Source: Tubulanus polymorphus
Taxonomy: Eukaryota > Animalia > Nemertea
Direction: 5' to 3'
Length of the DNA: 64,000 nucleotides
Assembly (NCBI RefSeq): GCF_964204645.1
Contig: NC_134027.1
Span: 12,990,485-13,054,484 of the forward strand
Below the pieces are notes generated by a model that saw only the letters and a program-made list of their open reading frames with translations, was not told where the DNA came from and searched no databases. Positions 24,999 to 37,979 of this stretch are shown here, piece after piece (position 1 is the first letter of the stretch; every line of letters begins with the position of its first letter). The position numbers and the translations under genes were made by a program.

Positions 24999-25451
24999 AC
25001 TGACAGTTACATACTAAAAATCAAGACAAATGACATAACAAAAGACTTAAAAACATAAACATCATTTTGACTTTAGCAATTATACAAAAGATCATGAATT
25101 ATTTAGCAATGATAATAAGAAAATTCCAGGTAAATTCAAAGATGAACTGGGGGTGATGAAATGATTGAATTTGTTGGGATAAGAAGCAAAATGTATAGTT
25201 ATAGAACAAAAGATCATGAGGCTAATAAGTTAAAAGGAATAAAAAAGCATGTGGTTGATAAACATATAGAATTTCAAGATTATATGAAGTGTTTTTATAA
25301 CTCAATTGTAATGAAACAAAAAATGAATTATTTAAGATCAGAAGATCACGAGATGTACATTAATGAAGTCAAAAAAACTAGCTTAAATCCATTCGACGAT
25401 AAAAGATATATTTTGGGTGATGGAATAAAAACATTACCTTATGGCCATTAA

Positions 25452-26993
25452 AAAAGAAAATCAATATCATCATACTCGAAATCACTATTGGCTTCTTCAT
25501 TTTCATTTAATTGTTTAGGTTCCTTCATTTCATTTTTCTCATTTAAATAAAGTAAAGTTCTATATTATTCCACATTTCATCTAGCTCTCTTTTGTTTCTT
25601 TTTGTTCGTTAATTCATCAAATGCAATTATAATATCGATGTTTAAAAAATTTAAGATCTTTTTTAAACAGAATTCATAATTAATTGAATCTGTTATTTTA
25701 TTATCCACATAATAATTTAATTTTAATAGTTTGTGGATTTTCTTTTATATTTTCCATATCTTCTTCTGTTAATTTAGGTTTTTTATAATAATCGTTAAAT
25801 AATAAATATAAATACATTTTCTTTTCTTTTGTGTTAAATGTTGATGGAATGATTGTTTTTATTATATCTTTCTTAGTTATTTCACCATTCTTATTTTCTA
25901 TCATTTTCATTTTTTCAAGCCATTGCTTATATTCTGGTGTATGATCTTCCATAGAAAATATCTTTAAAAATTTCATCTAGATATTTTTATTTTGGTTCTA
26001 TAAGAATATCTCTAGTTTTTTTCATCACCCCATAAATTTCTTTGGCATCCACATTCAAATATCACAGAATCTTCTTGTCTTAAGTACACATAAATACATT
26101 GTGGGCATTTTTTTCTATCATATCTTGGCAATAGATCTTCATTAAGTTCTTGGTATTTTCTTACATTTTCTTTATGTTTTATCGTTTTATTTTGTAGATT
26201 TGAATTACTTAATGTAATAATCAATTATCAATAATCAATATCTCTAGTTTTTTCATCACCCCATAAATCTCTTAGCCATCCACATTCATTACAAAATATC
26301 ACAGAATCTTCTTGTCTTAAGTACACATAAATACATTGTGGGCATTTTTTTCCATCATATCTTGGCAATAGATCTCCATTAAAGTTCTTGGTATTTTCTT
26401 ACGTTTTCTTTATGTTTTATTGTTTTATTATGTAGATTTGAATTACTTGTTGTAATAATCAATTCACAATATTTACAATAATATGTTTTTCTTACTAATT
26501 CATTATATTGTTTTTCTAACTTTTCAAGTGTTTCTTCATTATCTGGTAACGTTTTCTGGCATCTTATTTTTTCTAATATTTCATTTTTTCTTTCATTGAA
26601 TTCTGTTTCAAATTTATTAGAAATTTTATCTATATGTGCTTTACGAAATTGATGATTTTCCCAATCTTCTATATTTTCAGGGCTATATTTTATTCGACAA
26701 GGCTCTTTCATATTAATCTTTTCATAGAATAAGAAAGGTCTTTTCCAAATAATTTCAGGTTCAGTTTCAACAGAATTAATATAACTTTCGTTACTATCAA
26801 CATTAACCGTTGAGTAATTAATTTTACACTTCTCTGAATGTTTTGTAACATAATTTCTTGAGAATAATCTATTACAATTTGGGCAGTTTATTTTAGGGGG
26901 TTTGTAATTTTTATCATGTTTTTTCATATGTCGAGCCATATTACTTTTTCTTTGAAGTTCACCACAAATTTCACATGGTATCTTCTTTTCCAT
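25452..26993 (-). pseudogene. Zn-finger gene of copy B, with a ~232-bp internal tandem duplication
   Basis: MEKKIPCEICGELQRKSNMARHMKKH. AATATCTCTAGTTTTTCATCACCCC recurs at ~26005 and ~26237. Confidence 0.8.
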
Positions 26994-27057
26994 TTATTAA
27001 GGAACAATTTAATTAAAATTAATTTTTAGTGATTCGAGGTAATTTTTTGTGTTATAA

Positions 27058-28093
27058 ATGATAGTTGAATTAAAAGAATATAGAATATTTGTTGATTCCA
27101 GAAAACTCACAAATTCAAAATCACATAATTTACTAGTACAATTAGATAGAGAATTTAAAAATTGTGTAGATTTGAAATTAGTAAATGTAAGTTTATGTAA
27201 CTCTTTTTATAATGTATCAGATAAAACTGATGAACATAGAGCCTTTTTAATTTTTACAGATCTAAATTCGAGCACATTATACCTATATTGCGTGAGCTGC
27301 ACTGGCTACCAGTCGACGCCAGGATTAAGTACAAGGTTATGTTGCTGACCTGCAAAGCTCTCACTGGCTCCACCCCTGTATATATCAGTGAACTTATTCA
27401 AGTCTACATCCCTGCTCTTACATTACGTTCGGCTAATCAGCACAAGTTAGTTGAACCCACATACCGTTTGTGTAATTTTGGAGGAAGAAAATTTTCACGG
27501 TGTACACCCAGACTCTGGAACCAATTCATTGACTCTCATCGAAAGGTTCTTGATATGTCGCCGGTCCAATTCAAGTCTCCCCTCAAAACAGTACTTTTCC
27601 GTGCATTCTATGACACTCCAGGGGAGCGCTTTTGAACTTTGCCTTTTTGACATGGAATTACAGCGCTTTAAAAGTGTTATTATTATTATTATTTAGGGAT
27701 AAAAAAAAGTATGCTTTCGGGGTAAAAAAACCATTAGCTAAACTGTTAGGAATTCCTCCAGATAAAATTATTGTCAGAGGAAACATAGAAGGTAGATCAA
27801 ATTTAATGCATTTTACACACTTTTATATTTATTGCAATTTAATTGATCCTACAAAAACATTTGAAGCAACTAAAGATTCAACTTGTAATTCCAGTATAAT
27901 AAATATTTTACCATTGAAAAATGTTAAACAATTTGGAACACAAATAAACTATAATTTAACTGAATGTGATTTCAAGCCTTGTATTTCAAAATCTAATAAT
28001 TTTAAATTAGAAATAAGAAATCATTATGGTTACTTAATTGATTTAAATAATTTTCCTGTAATTTATGAATTAGTTTTAAGATGTAAAGCGTAA
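27058..28093 (+). pseudogene. Minor capsid gene of copy B, interrupted by a LINE fragment
   Basis: Homologous to 5027..5793. The central part (including the PGLY region) is lost at the LINE insertion. Confidence 0.75.
27258..27693 (+). mobile_element. 5'-truncated LINE 3' end (CR1/L2/Crack group)
   Basis: GC-richer island encoding EHIIPILRELHWLPVDARIKYKV...RKFSRCTPRLWN..FKSPLKT, ending in a (TAT)n tail. Confidence 0.85.
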
Positions 28094-28109
28094 TTTTCGC
28101 ACTTAATAA

Positions 28110-31100
28110 ATGAATATAACTGTTGGGCCGAGCATCTTTTTTGGATTTGATTTTAAACGTGAGAAAAAAATGAAATTTAACATTAATGATGTAATTACGC
28201 ATATCAAAATATCGCGTTTTCTAATGAAACAACATTTGAGTATGAAAAAAACAATAGATAAAGAAACTTTTTATGTAGAAAAGATTACCGAATTAATTAG
28301 AGAATCTTTAAGATTTCGTGAGATGAAGATTTTATCATTGATGATATTAAAAGAATAATAACTGAAATATATAAAAATGAAACTAATAATATTATGAATG
28401 TTGAAATAATTATAACTAAGATAACTAAATATTTTGAAGATAGTAATTTTTTTCTAAATAAATGGCGGATCAGAAGTGGATAATAACTGGTTTATATAAT
28501 GGAGCATTATTATCAGTTGGAACTGTTGGTTATACAATGATATTAAAAAAAGTATTTAGAATGGGAAGTATTAATGTTGATAGATTTGATATTAATGATA
28601 TTTTAGAATTAACGTTAGCAGTTACTTTATCTAATTTAACCATTGATTATTTGGAAAAACAAAAATATATTCCTCCTATATGAATGCATAATTTTTTGCT
28701 AAATAAATGGCATCTGTAATTATAACTATTATAGGATCGGCAATCGTTAACGCTTTGGCATTTACTGGTGGTGGATATTTATGTAAACATATTGATAGAA
28801 ATAGTTCATTAGGAGAAGACATAACTAAGCATTAGAGAAATACAATAAAGCTGCAGAAGAATATACAGAAAAGAGGCAAAACTATATGGATTACATCAAT
28901 AAAGAATTATATAATCAGAAAATTACACATAGAGATTTTCAATCAGTCGATGAAGCTATGAGTTTATATAACGCAGTAACAAATCGTGAAAAATTACATC
29001 TATATAAACCTAAATTATCAGATTATTATCCCCCAATTAGTGAACAGAAGAAATATGAAATAATTTGGATTTTAGGTGGAACAGTTATTGCATTATTTAT
29101 GGCTTATAAATTTCCTAATTAGTAATTTCTTTTCTAAATAAATGGATGATAAAGTTGATAATATTGGTATTATTCCTCATGATATAAATAAAACTCAATT
29201 AAAATTATATTTGGAAAAACAAATATTAAAATTTGAAAATGATTTAAAAATTAAAAAGAAAAAATATTTAAAAAGTAAAATTATATATTATTTTATTATT
29301 AGTAGTTTAGCTACAATTAGTTCTGTAATAACATTTCTAGCAATATTTTCACCATTAACACCTTTATCTATCTCAATTGGAGCTTTAGGTTTAAGTTCAA
29401 GTGTATTAACAGGCATAAGTTCAAAATTAAATATAAAAAGTTATAAAGAAAAAATAAAATCTAATATAAAAGAAATTAATAAATTAAAAAATACATTATT
29501 CATTATACAAATGGTAGATAGTTTTCCAAAAGCTTTCCAATATAATATTCCTGCAATAGATTTTAATAAAGATATTTCATATAGAAATGAAGTTTTAAAT
29601 TCATTAATTAATTTAGATATTTATGTTACTGAAACTGATAATTTTAATGCAAAGATCGAAAATATATTTCATGTACATTAAATAATTTTAAAAAATTGAA
29701 AGATGAAAAACAATGGTTCTTAAAATCTAATATGAAATATTGGCAGAACCAATTAAATTTTGCAGTTTATTGTGTAAAAACAGGATGTGGAATTAGTTGG
29801 AATGATCATTTAAATAATTCAAAATACAAATTAGTTCAACGTTTATTTAGATTCCATACATACTTTCAAATAAGATTAATAATAAATGAATTAAAGTGTC
29901 CTTTACCAGGATATAGGTATTTGAAAGAATTAGATAATAATATTAATTTGTCAAAGTTTTATAAAATTTGTAATGAATTTGATGTAGATATAAATAATTC
30001 TGATTTTAGAAGAAAGCTTTGAACAATAAGATCACTTCCTTGCCCTAAAAAGATTGCACAATTGTGCACTTCCCATACCAACTAATAGTTTTTATAATAT
30101 CTATAATAATAAATTAGGTTATGGTAAAATAGAAACTAAGGATTTAGAAACATTAAATTTCAATAAATTACCGAAATGTTATGATAATTTAAAACAAGAA
30201 AACAATAATGGTTGGGTTTATTTCATTTTAGAAAATAATGAAGGTTTTACAAAATCAGTTATACAAAGAATAAATCAATCAATTAGAACTTATTTGATAT
30301 GTATTCTAGGATCACAAGTTGAAACAAGATCCCCAAGAATTGGAAATCTAAATACATCATTTGATACACAGAAACAATTCAAAGTATTATTTGAAGATTC
30401 AATTCATAATGATAAAAATAGATCGATTCCAGAAAATATTGTAAGATATCAAAATTATTTAGATTAATCACATGTAAGAGTAAATTATTGTATAGGCCCT
30501 AATTTGTTAACTAATTTAAATGATTTAATAATAAAAATGGGATATATTATTGGTTATAATAATCTAATTAAAACTGCAACAATAAATAATAAGTTTGGAT
30601 TAAATGATATATATAAAAAGATTATTACTGCTCCAAAACTAATGGAAGGTTAAAAAATTAAAAAACATATTCAATCAACAGAAACTAAAACTATTAAATT
30701 GGATAATAATTCTAGAATAAAAGATTACAATACTACAGAAAATATTAAAACTGATAATATTCAACATGAAATAATTAAAACTAATAATGATAATAATTGC
30801 CATGAAAATACTTAATTTGCTATTACTTGTATAGGAATTGTAATAGGAGGAATATTTTATTTTAAATTTTAATTTTTGTATTATATAAATGGATGTAGAA
30901 GGTGGAGACGATATTGGAATGGATACTTTTGATGAACCCGGCATAACTGAAGAACAACCGCCTGATTTTAGTGAAACAAGTTTTAATGACGGTAATGAAC
31001 CGGAATATAACAATAATTTATATATGCATTATTATATTAAAAATGCAGAATCACAATTAAATCCTGAAAATTTAGATCCAGATTTAGTAAAACAAGATTT

Positions 31101-32322
31101 AGATAATTTAAACAAAATACCTAAATTAGAACGTATAATTGAAAATTCTAAACTTAACATAAATGATGAAGACGTTGGACCTTTAGCAGATCAATTCAAA
31201 TTTTAAGATAATGGTAAATGGTATTACCATTTGAAAGGTGATTATTATATTGATATCACTTATAAAAATAATAAAAATAAAATATTAACAAAATCAACTT
31301 TTGAGTGATTTAGATCCAGATAGAATTTAAAGAATTAGTAATAGTAATGTAATAACTGATGTTTTAAAACAAGAATTAACTGATAATGATAAAGACGTAT
31401 TTAAACAAAGAATTAATGAATTATTTGAAATAATCAAAAAGAAATCAGAAACAGAAACAACTTCTGAACAGAAAATAACTTCCAAAACTAGTAAACTTAA
31501 ATCAAATAAAGTTCCAATTGAAAAACTTTTACCGAATGGATTAATCGATGCAACAGATCAACAATTAGAAGATTTAAATATATTTTCTGATAAAGCAATT
31601 AGAGAAATTATTAGTATAAGAAATAAAGCTGATAAATTTGCACATGATAAAAGTATAAGAAATTTTTAAATTAGAACTTTAGAAAAAGATAGCACTGATA
31701 AAATTAAAGAAATAGAACAATTAAAATTAGATAGAGATGATAAAGTTATTGAAGAAATTGAATTTAAAAAAAGAAATGCATATTTAGAAAAAAAAAGATG
31801 ATTTAGAATATAACACAGAATTACAGAAAGAAGAAATTAAATTATTATTAAAATCATATGATTATAATATTAATAGATTAAAAGTTATTTCTAATGATTT
31901 GTTGATAAAACCAAATCCTGAAATATCATTGAAAGATAGTATAAAATTATTATTTAAACTAGAAGGTAACACAATTCCTTCGATTCTAACAGCTGTAACT
32001 ATGTTATTTACAACAATTGGTTAAGCAATATCAAATTCTTTAAAATCTACGCCTACACCCACTAAACCGGATAAACCACCAAATAATGATAATTCTATAC
32101 AAGATAAAGTTAAAGATGGTTTAAAGAAATTAGCAAAATATCTTTGGGAACTATCTAAAAAATCTACTGCAGCTTTACCCGGAATTATTGCATCAATTGT
32201 TGGTTTTGTTTTAAAATTTGCTGGGAATATTCTTAACTCTGCTGCTGAACATATTATTTTATTTCTAATTACAATTGTCAGTGCTATTATTTCTGGGTTA
32301 GTGAATATGATAAAAAATAAAT
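28110..32322 (+). pseudogene. Copy B cluster of small, membrane and conserved Polinton genes (homologues of 678..5010)
   Basis: Starts at 28110, 28462 (intact 73 aa), 28707, 29142, 29511 and 30889. Multiple stops and frameshifts, plus a deletion fusing the 29142 gene to the next. Confidence 0.8.
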
Positions 32323-32345
32323 AATTAATTTTTTTTGTTAAATAT

Positions 32346-33454
32346 ATGAGTGGGAGTTATATAAATTCTTCTAAGAATTCTAGAATATCTAATGCTATTA
32401 AAGCAGAGAGATCTCATCATATAATTACTCATAATCCTTCTTATATTAATCCTGATGAAACTTTATATGTTAGAATCCCGAGATTAAATCAAAATACTTT
32501 TTATGTTCCAAATAGTATTTATTTATCGGCTGACATAAATGTAACTGGTAATGATAATAATTATGTTGTAGATAATGTTGGGAGATATTTGATTAAAAGA
32601 TTAATAAAAGATTAATGATTATAATTTATTTTTGCATTGACGCAATAGTAACTCGTGCCGCAGATAATTTGATAAAAAAGATTTATGGAAGTAAATATAA
32701 AATTCCATTAGATTTTGAATTGTTGAATAATAATGCGCCTTAATATAAATACGCAATTCAAGAAGATATTATATTCGAGATAACATTTGCTCCTGTTAAT
32801 GAAATTGTATTATGAAGTGAAGTTAAAGATATGGGTTATAAATTATCGAATATATGTTTAGAATATGATACAGTAACTGATGAAAATATTTCAAGCATAA
32901 TTCAAACTCAATACAATCAAGGATTTGCATTTTTTTATGATTATATTGATAAATTTAAAACTGTAACTATTAATGCAAATGATGAAATAATTAATGAGAA
33001 TATTAACTTCCCAAGAAGATCTATTAAAGGTATATTAATATTTTTTACCATTGCAACATATTCTAATGGTGCAATAAATGTTGATAATTATTATAATCCA
33101 GAAATATCAAAGGTAGAAATAACTATTGAAGGTATAGCAAATAAAATATTTTGTCAAGGAATGAGAATGATAGATCAGTGGCCAGAAATTAGAAAACATT
33201 TTATGAATGAAAAAGTTAAATCATCTGAAAATTGTAATATTAATAAAATTGATTATTATACCGGCAATAAATATGCATTATGGTTAGATTTTAGAACAAC
33301 AGAGGATATTTCATTACATGGTTCTGGGAAGAAATTACAGAACACTAAAGATGCAACACAATTATTCATGAAAAAGAAAAAAGGAGACAAAAAGTTCAAA
33401 ATGCACATTTATATTATATCTGACGCGCAATTAAATATTATAAATTCTCAATAA
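32346..33454 (+). pseudogene. Major capsid protein gene of copy B (internal deletions, stops)
   Basis: N-terminus matches 1..656. C-terminal part has INENINFPRRSIKGILIFF, YYNPEISKVEITIEGIANKIF, KYALWLDFRT..LHGSG and HIYIISDAQLNI. Confidence 0.8.
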
Positions 33455-33502
33455 CATAGTATTCAATATTAGAAATATAAAGTTAAAATTAACGATATAT
33501 AA

Positions 33503-34630
33503 ATGGGGGGGAACTCCTAATACTAAAGAACAATATTTAAGAAATTTATATTACAACCCTGAGGGTTCGGTTGCTTATTCTTCTACCAAAAATATATGGC
33601 GTCAAGTAAAACAAGATGATGAATTAGATAAGATAATCCCACAAAATTTAGTTGAATATAAAGATATAAATGAATTTATGTTAGAACAACCAACATATAC
33701 AACACATAAAAAAATTGTTAGAAAATATAAAACCCGTAGAACTATCGTAAGTTATGTAGATCAACAGTGGCAAGGAGATTTAATTGATATGAAAAATGTT
33801 AAGAAAGATAATGATGATTATTGGTGGATCTTAAACATAATTGATATTTTTAGTCGTTATGTATTGAGCTTCCCACTTTATAGAAAAGATGCTGCACAAA
33901 CATTAGTTTAAAAAAAATTTCTTTCAGGTGGTAAAATAAAGCCAGAAAAAATACAATTTGATGATGGAAAAGAATTTGATTATTCAGTAGTTCATGAACT
34001 CTTAGATACTCATAATATTTAATATTTTTCAACAAAATCGGATAGAAAAGCGGCAGTTGTTTAACGATTAAATGAAACATTAAGAACAAGAATGTGGAAG
34101 TATTTTACAGCAAATAATACTTTTAAATGGATTGATGTTTTACCAAAATTGATAGAAGGTTATAATAATTCTTATTATTTTTCTATTGGAATGATACCTA
34201 TCGACGCTAGAAAACCTGAAAATGCTGAAATTGTTTGGAATAATTTATATGGAGCATTTCGTGTAGATTATTTTGGTGAACCTAAATTAAAAGTTGGTCA
34301 AAATTTTAGAATTTCTAAGTATTAAAAGATATTTGACAAAGGATACGATCGTAATTTTACTAGAGAAATATATAAAATAAAAAAAGTAATAACAACAAAA
34401 CCATATGTCTATAAATTAGAAGATTTGGATGGTGAAGAAGTTGATGGGTATTTTTATGAAGAGGAATTTAAACTACAGTTTAACTACTGAAAATCTAGAA
34501 CAAATGTAAAATTAAAAAAATTTTAAAAACAAAAACTGTTAATAGGAAAAAATATTCTTTAGTAAAATTGGTTGGATGGCCAGATATTTTTAATGAATGG
34601 ATATTATCAAGTCAAATTAAAAATATATAA
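33503..34630 (+). pseudogene. Polinton retroviral-like (rve) integrase with C-terminal chromodomain
   Basis: LYYNPEGSVAYSS, QWQGDLIDM, IIDIFSRY, IQFDDGKEF, KAAVV*RLNETLR, WIDVLPKLIEGYNNS, FDKGY, and chromodomain-like LVKLVGWPDIFNEWI. Confidence 0.9.
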
Positions 34631-35430
34631 ATGAATAAGGAATTATTTATATTTGAGCCTCATAATATGTTAATTTCTGGTGTAACAAATTGTGGAAAAA
34701 CTTATTTTATATTAAATTCATTAGAAACTATTTATAAAAACTATTTTGATAATATAGTATTATTTTGTCCAACATATGAATTCAATCAAACTTATAATAG
34801 AAATATAACTAGAAATAATAAATTTATTATATTAGATCCTAAAACAGTTAGAGAAAATTTAGATAATAGTATTAAAATAGCAATTGATATATATAAAGGA
34901 TCTAATACATTATTTATCATAGATGATTGTGCTAATCTACATGATTCAAAAGTTAGAGAAAGTGAGTTATGCTATCTAGCTTTCTCTGTGAGACATGTTC
35001 CAATTGAAAAAAGTTTGGATGATTTAGGAATAACAGAAACAAAATTAACTCCAGATGATCGTGCTTTAAATGATGTTACAACAAATAATAATTATGAATA
35101 TTATCTTTATTGCAAACATCAATTAGACATATTAATAGCATCTGGAAAATGTAAAACTTTTATTGGTAAAAATTTATCTTATAATGAATTGATACAATGA
35201 AACCTAATCAAATTATTAAATTATTTAAGATTTACGAAACTGCAAGAATAGCTAGAATTAATGATGCGATATCAGAAAATGTAGTAAAAGGTTATAGTAA
35301 ATTATGTAAATATATGCTACCAATTGAAGATGAAAATAGATTATATTCCGATTTAAAAAATGATTATTTAGTTATGACTGAATTAAATAAATGGATTGGA
35401 TATTTATCATTTCAATTAGGTGGATTTTAA
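34631..35430 (+). pseudogene. A32/FtsK-like packaging ATPase, truncated after Walker B and fused by deletion to the next Polinton gene
   Basis: Walker A LISGVTNCGKT, Walker B LFIIDD, then LAFSVRH (the GRH motif position), then an abrupt switch at ~34995 to unrelated sequence. Confidence 0.85.
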
Positions 35431-35986
35431 GACATTATCATCAACTGGGGTTATAACATTTTCAAATATTGAAAGTAAAAGTTTTCTATGATAAATGAGC
35501 GAAGTGCGAGAGGTGAAAGAATTAACTGTGAAGAAAAAACCGGGATTACCGAAACAAATTGAAAGGTCTCGGCAATTAGGAATTAAATTACAAGAATTTA
35601 AAAAAGCTATAAAAGAAAAAATAAATAATGAAAATGTTAATGATAATGGTGAAAATATTGTTATTTCTACATATTTCTATATTTGATATTAATAATTCTG
35701 AAACTACTACTGTTGAAATTCCAAAGTTCACTATAAAAAATGGACTAATATTTTAGAAAAAAAGAAAAAAGAATAATTTCATTTTTAATTGATTGAATAT
35801 CTCACTACTTTTGTCTATCTACGCGGAGCAATTAAATTGTCCAGATAAGTCATTTCGGATTCTAGATATTCATTATTTTTATTATCAATTTATTTTTTTA
35901 AATCCTTCTATTACAGTAGCTTAAATTTGCTGATATTTTATCTCCATATTTAGTTTTTATCTTTTCTAATTTTAATATTTTATATT

Positions 35987-37787
35987 TGTTGACAATTGAC
36001 TGAACAATTGTGTTTAGGGATTTGTACTGGTATACGGTTTCTGTAATATCTAGTTATTATGTCACGCTGGTAGAGCATAAAATTTAGTCTGCAATCCTAG
36101 CAGTATAAAGGTTCAACACATAGCATTTTCTGGGCAGTTCACATATATCCTTCTAGTGACTGGTTTGAAGGGAAACAAAATTGTAAGTTTGAATTGTGAA
36201 TCTATGTAACTTTATAGCTGAGAAATTAATTGTCGAGATATATAATTAGACTATTGGCTAAAATGTGTGTTTATATATTTTTGTTACAGCAAACGATTAT
36301 GTTAAGAATAGAATAAATCCGTTTGAAAGTTTCCTGAAGAATTTGTTCGTTCGTGGTTTGGTGGTTTTTCTGGTGGACTGCAACATAGTTTGAATTTTGT
36401 GCCAGAATTATACGTCACTTAAAACCACCAGTACCATGAGTATGGAATCGAAAAGTTCTGAGAAGCTGAAGAGCAGTCGTGGTAGCCTCGCTGGGTGGCT
36501 GACAAGAGCCGTGGACCAGGTAGAGAGTGTTTTAGGGATGCACTCACTTGCTCAAAGAAACGCTTTGAGCGACAAAATAGCCGGACGTTTGAAATCGTTA
36601 CAAGCTGCACATTATAGATACGTAGCTTCACTAGAGGACAGCGACGTAATTACCGAAGCCCACGAATGGATGGATTCGTATTACAATACCGCTACAAACG
36701 CGATTGGCCGCCTCGAAACATCGGTATTAGCACCAAAACCGTCACAAGAAATGCCGCAAGAAATGCAGCATCAACCGTCAACCGTGATACCACCATCATC
36801 AGCGACACCGGAGTTCGCATTGAATCCTAATGTACCCGGTTTCGTTCCGCAAACCAATTTTCAGGAACCGGCAATGCTTGGATCCGTTGATGCGTGGATC
36901 GACGACTTGCAGCCCGCAATGGAAACAATCGTCCCAGACCAAGACGACCAAGCGTCTGTAGAGCAACTTATGGCAAGGTTGTCAACTGATCGTGATTTGC
37001 CGAAAGTAGAGCTACCGGTATTTGATGGTTCTCCACTAGATTGGCCTCGATTTGTAGAGCAGTTCTACTCACAGGTTCATCTCAGATCCGAGATTAAAGA
37101 CATTCGTCGCATGGACATTCTTCAGTCACACGTACGAGGTGAGGCGAAAAAATTAATTCAAGGTCTAGGGTACTCTGCCAAGTTAGAGTTCGTATGGCAA
37201 AGGTTAAAACGGCGTATAGTGAATATTTACGTCCAGTTGCGAAACTATGTGTATTGGAAGAATCTGTTGGAAATTGATTTGTTTGTAAACTATGTATCTA
37301 TATTGATGTATTGTTTGAAATTAATATAGATTATAGGTTTGATAATTCTTAGTTTGACACCTAGTTTGTTAGGCGTCAAGGGGGCGCTATGTTGACAATT
37401 GACTGAACAATTGTGTTCAGGGATTTGTACTGGTATACGGTTTCTGTAATGTCTAGTTATTATGTCACGCTCGTAGAGCATAAAATTTAGTCTGCAATCC
37501 TAGCAGTATGAAGGTTCAACACATAGCATTTTCTGGGCAGTTCACATATATCCTTCGAGTGACTGGTTTGAAGGGAAACAAAATTGTAAGTTTGAATTGT
37601 GAATCTATGTAATTTATAGCTGAGAAATTAATTGTCGAGATATATAATTAGACTATTGGCTAAAATGTGTGTTTATATATTTTTGTTACAGCAAACGATT
37701 ATGTTAAGAATAGAATAAATCCGTTTGTAAGTTTCCTGAAGAATTTGTTCGTTCGTGGTTTGGTGGTTTTTCTGGTGGACTGCAACA
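35987..37787 (+). mobile_element. Internally deleted BEL/Pao LTR retrotransposon with both LTRs and a TSD
   Basis: LTRs 35987..36385 and 37390..37787 (TGTTG...CAACA) are near identical. Perfect 5-bp TSD ATATT; purine-rich PPT AAGGGGGCG before the 3' LTR; gag fragment LPKVELPVFDGSPLDWPRF..LQSHVRGEAKKLIQGLG. Confidence 0.95.
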
Positions 37788-37907
37788 ATATTCAATTTCT
37801 TTTGTAACATCAACTAACTTTTTTATTTCAAATTGTTTTTTTTGTTGGTTTTATTCTGTTATTTATTCTTGCTAAGAATGCTTTTCTATCTCCCATTTAT
37901 TAGGGAA

Positions 37908-37979
37908 AAATTACTTGTGGTGATGAGTGGTGTGTCGGCCTCTCGCCCTCTGATCTGAAACCCCACTTTTCTAATTACT
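37908..37979. repeat. Right terminal inverted repeat of Polinton B
   Basis: AAATTACTTGTGGTGATGAGTGGTGTGTCGG...CTGAAACCCCACTTTTCTAATTACT aligns with the A terminus. An inward-reading ATAAATG gene start lies just inside, as in A. Confidence 0.8.

Larger units (their letters stand above)
20170..25451 (+). pseudogene. polB: pPolB of copy B: truncated, motif A deleted, split by a pogo transposon, intein-containing
   Basis: DPCYCYSSPGLTWQCG; deletion at ~20472; MNNSFYGKTCENIRNR; after the transposon QPLFGEKHIEILYF; KN|TDSY; EFVGIRSKMY...DDKRY..TLPYGH. Confidence 0.9.
20170..37979 (+). mobile_element. Polinton provirus copy B, 5'-truncated and decayed, with nested insertions
   Basis: Colinear with A in inverted orientation from mid-pPolB. 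Continues through MCP, integrase and ATPase to the terminus ...CTAATTACT at 37979. Confidence 0.93.

Noticed and set aside
29142-29681. 179-aa ORF as a distinct gene
   Set aside because: Comparison with A shows a deletion joining two adjacent genes (3549..3980 and 2376..3548).
34631-35200. Novel ATPase fusion protein
   Set aside because: The ATPase breaks off right after the Walker B region. A deletion in a decayed copy best explains the in-frame fusion.
1-37979. A and B as one giant inverted duplication or assembly artefact
   Set aside because: They differ by many substitutions, variable gene segments and independent lesions, indicating separate insertions of related viruses.
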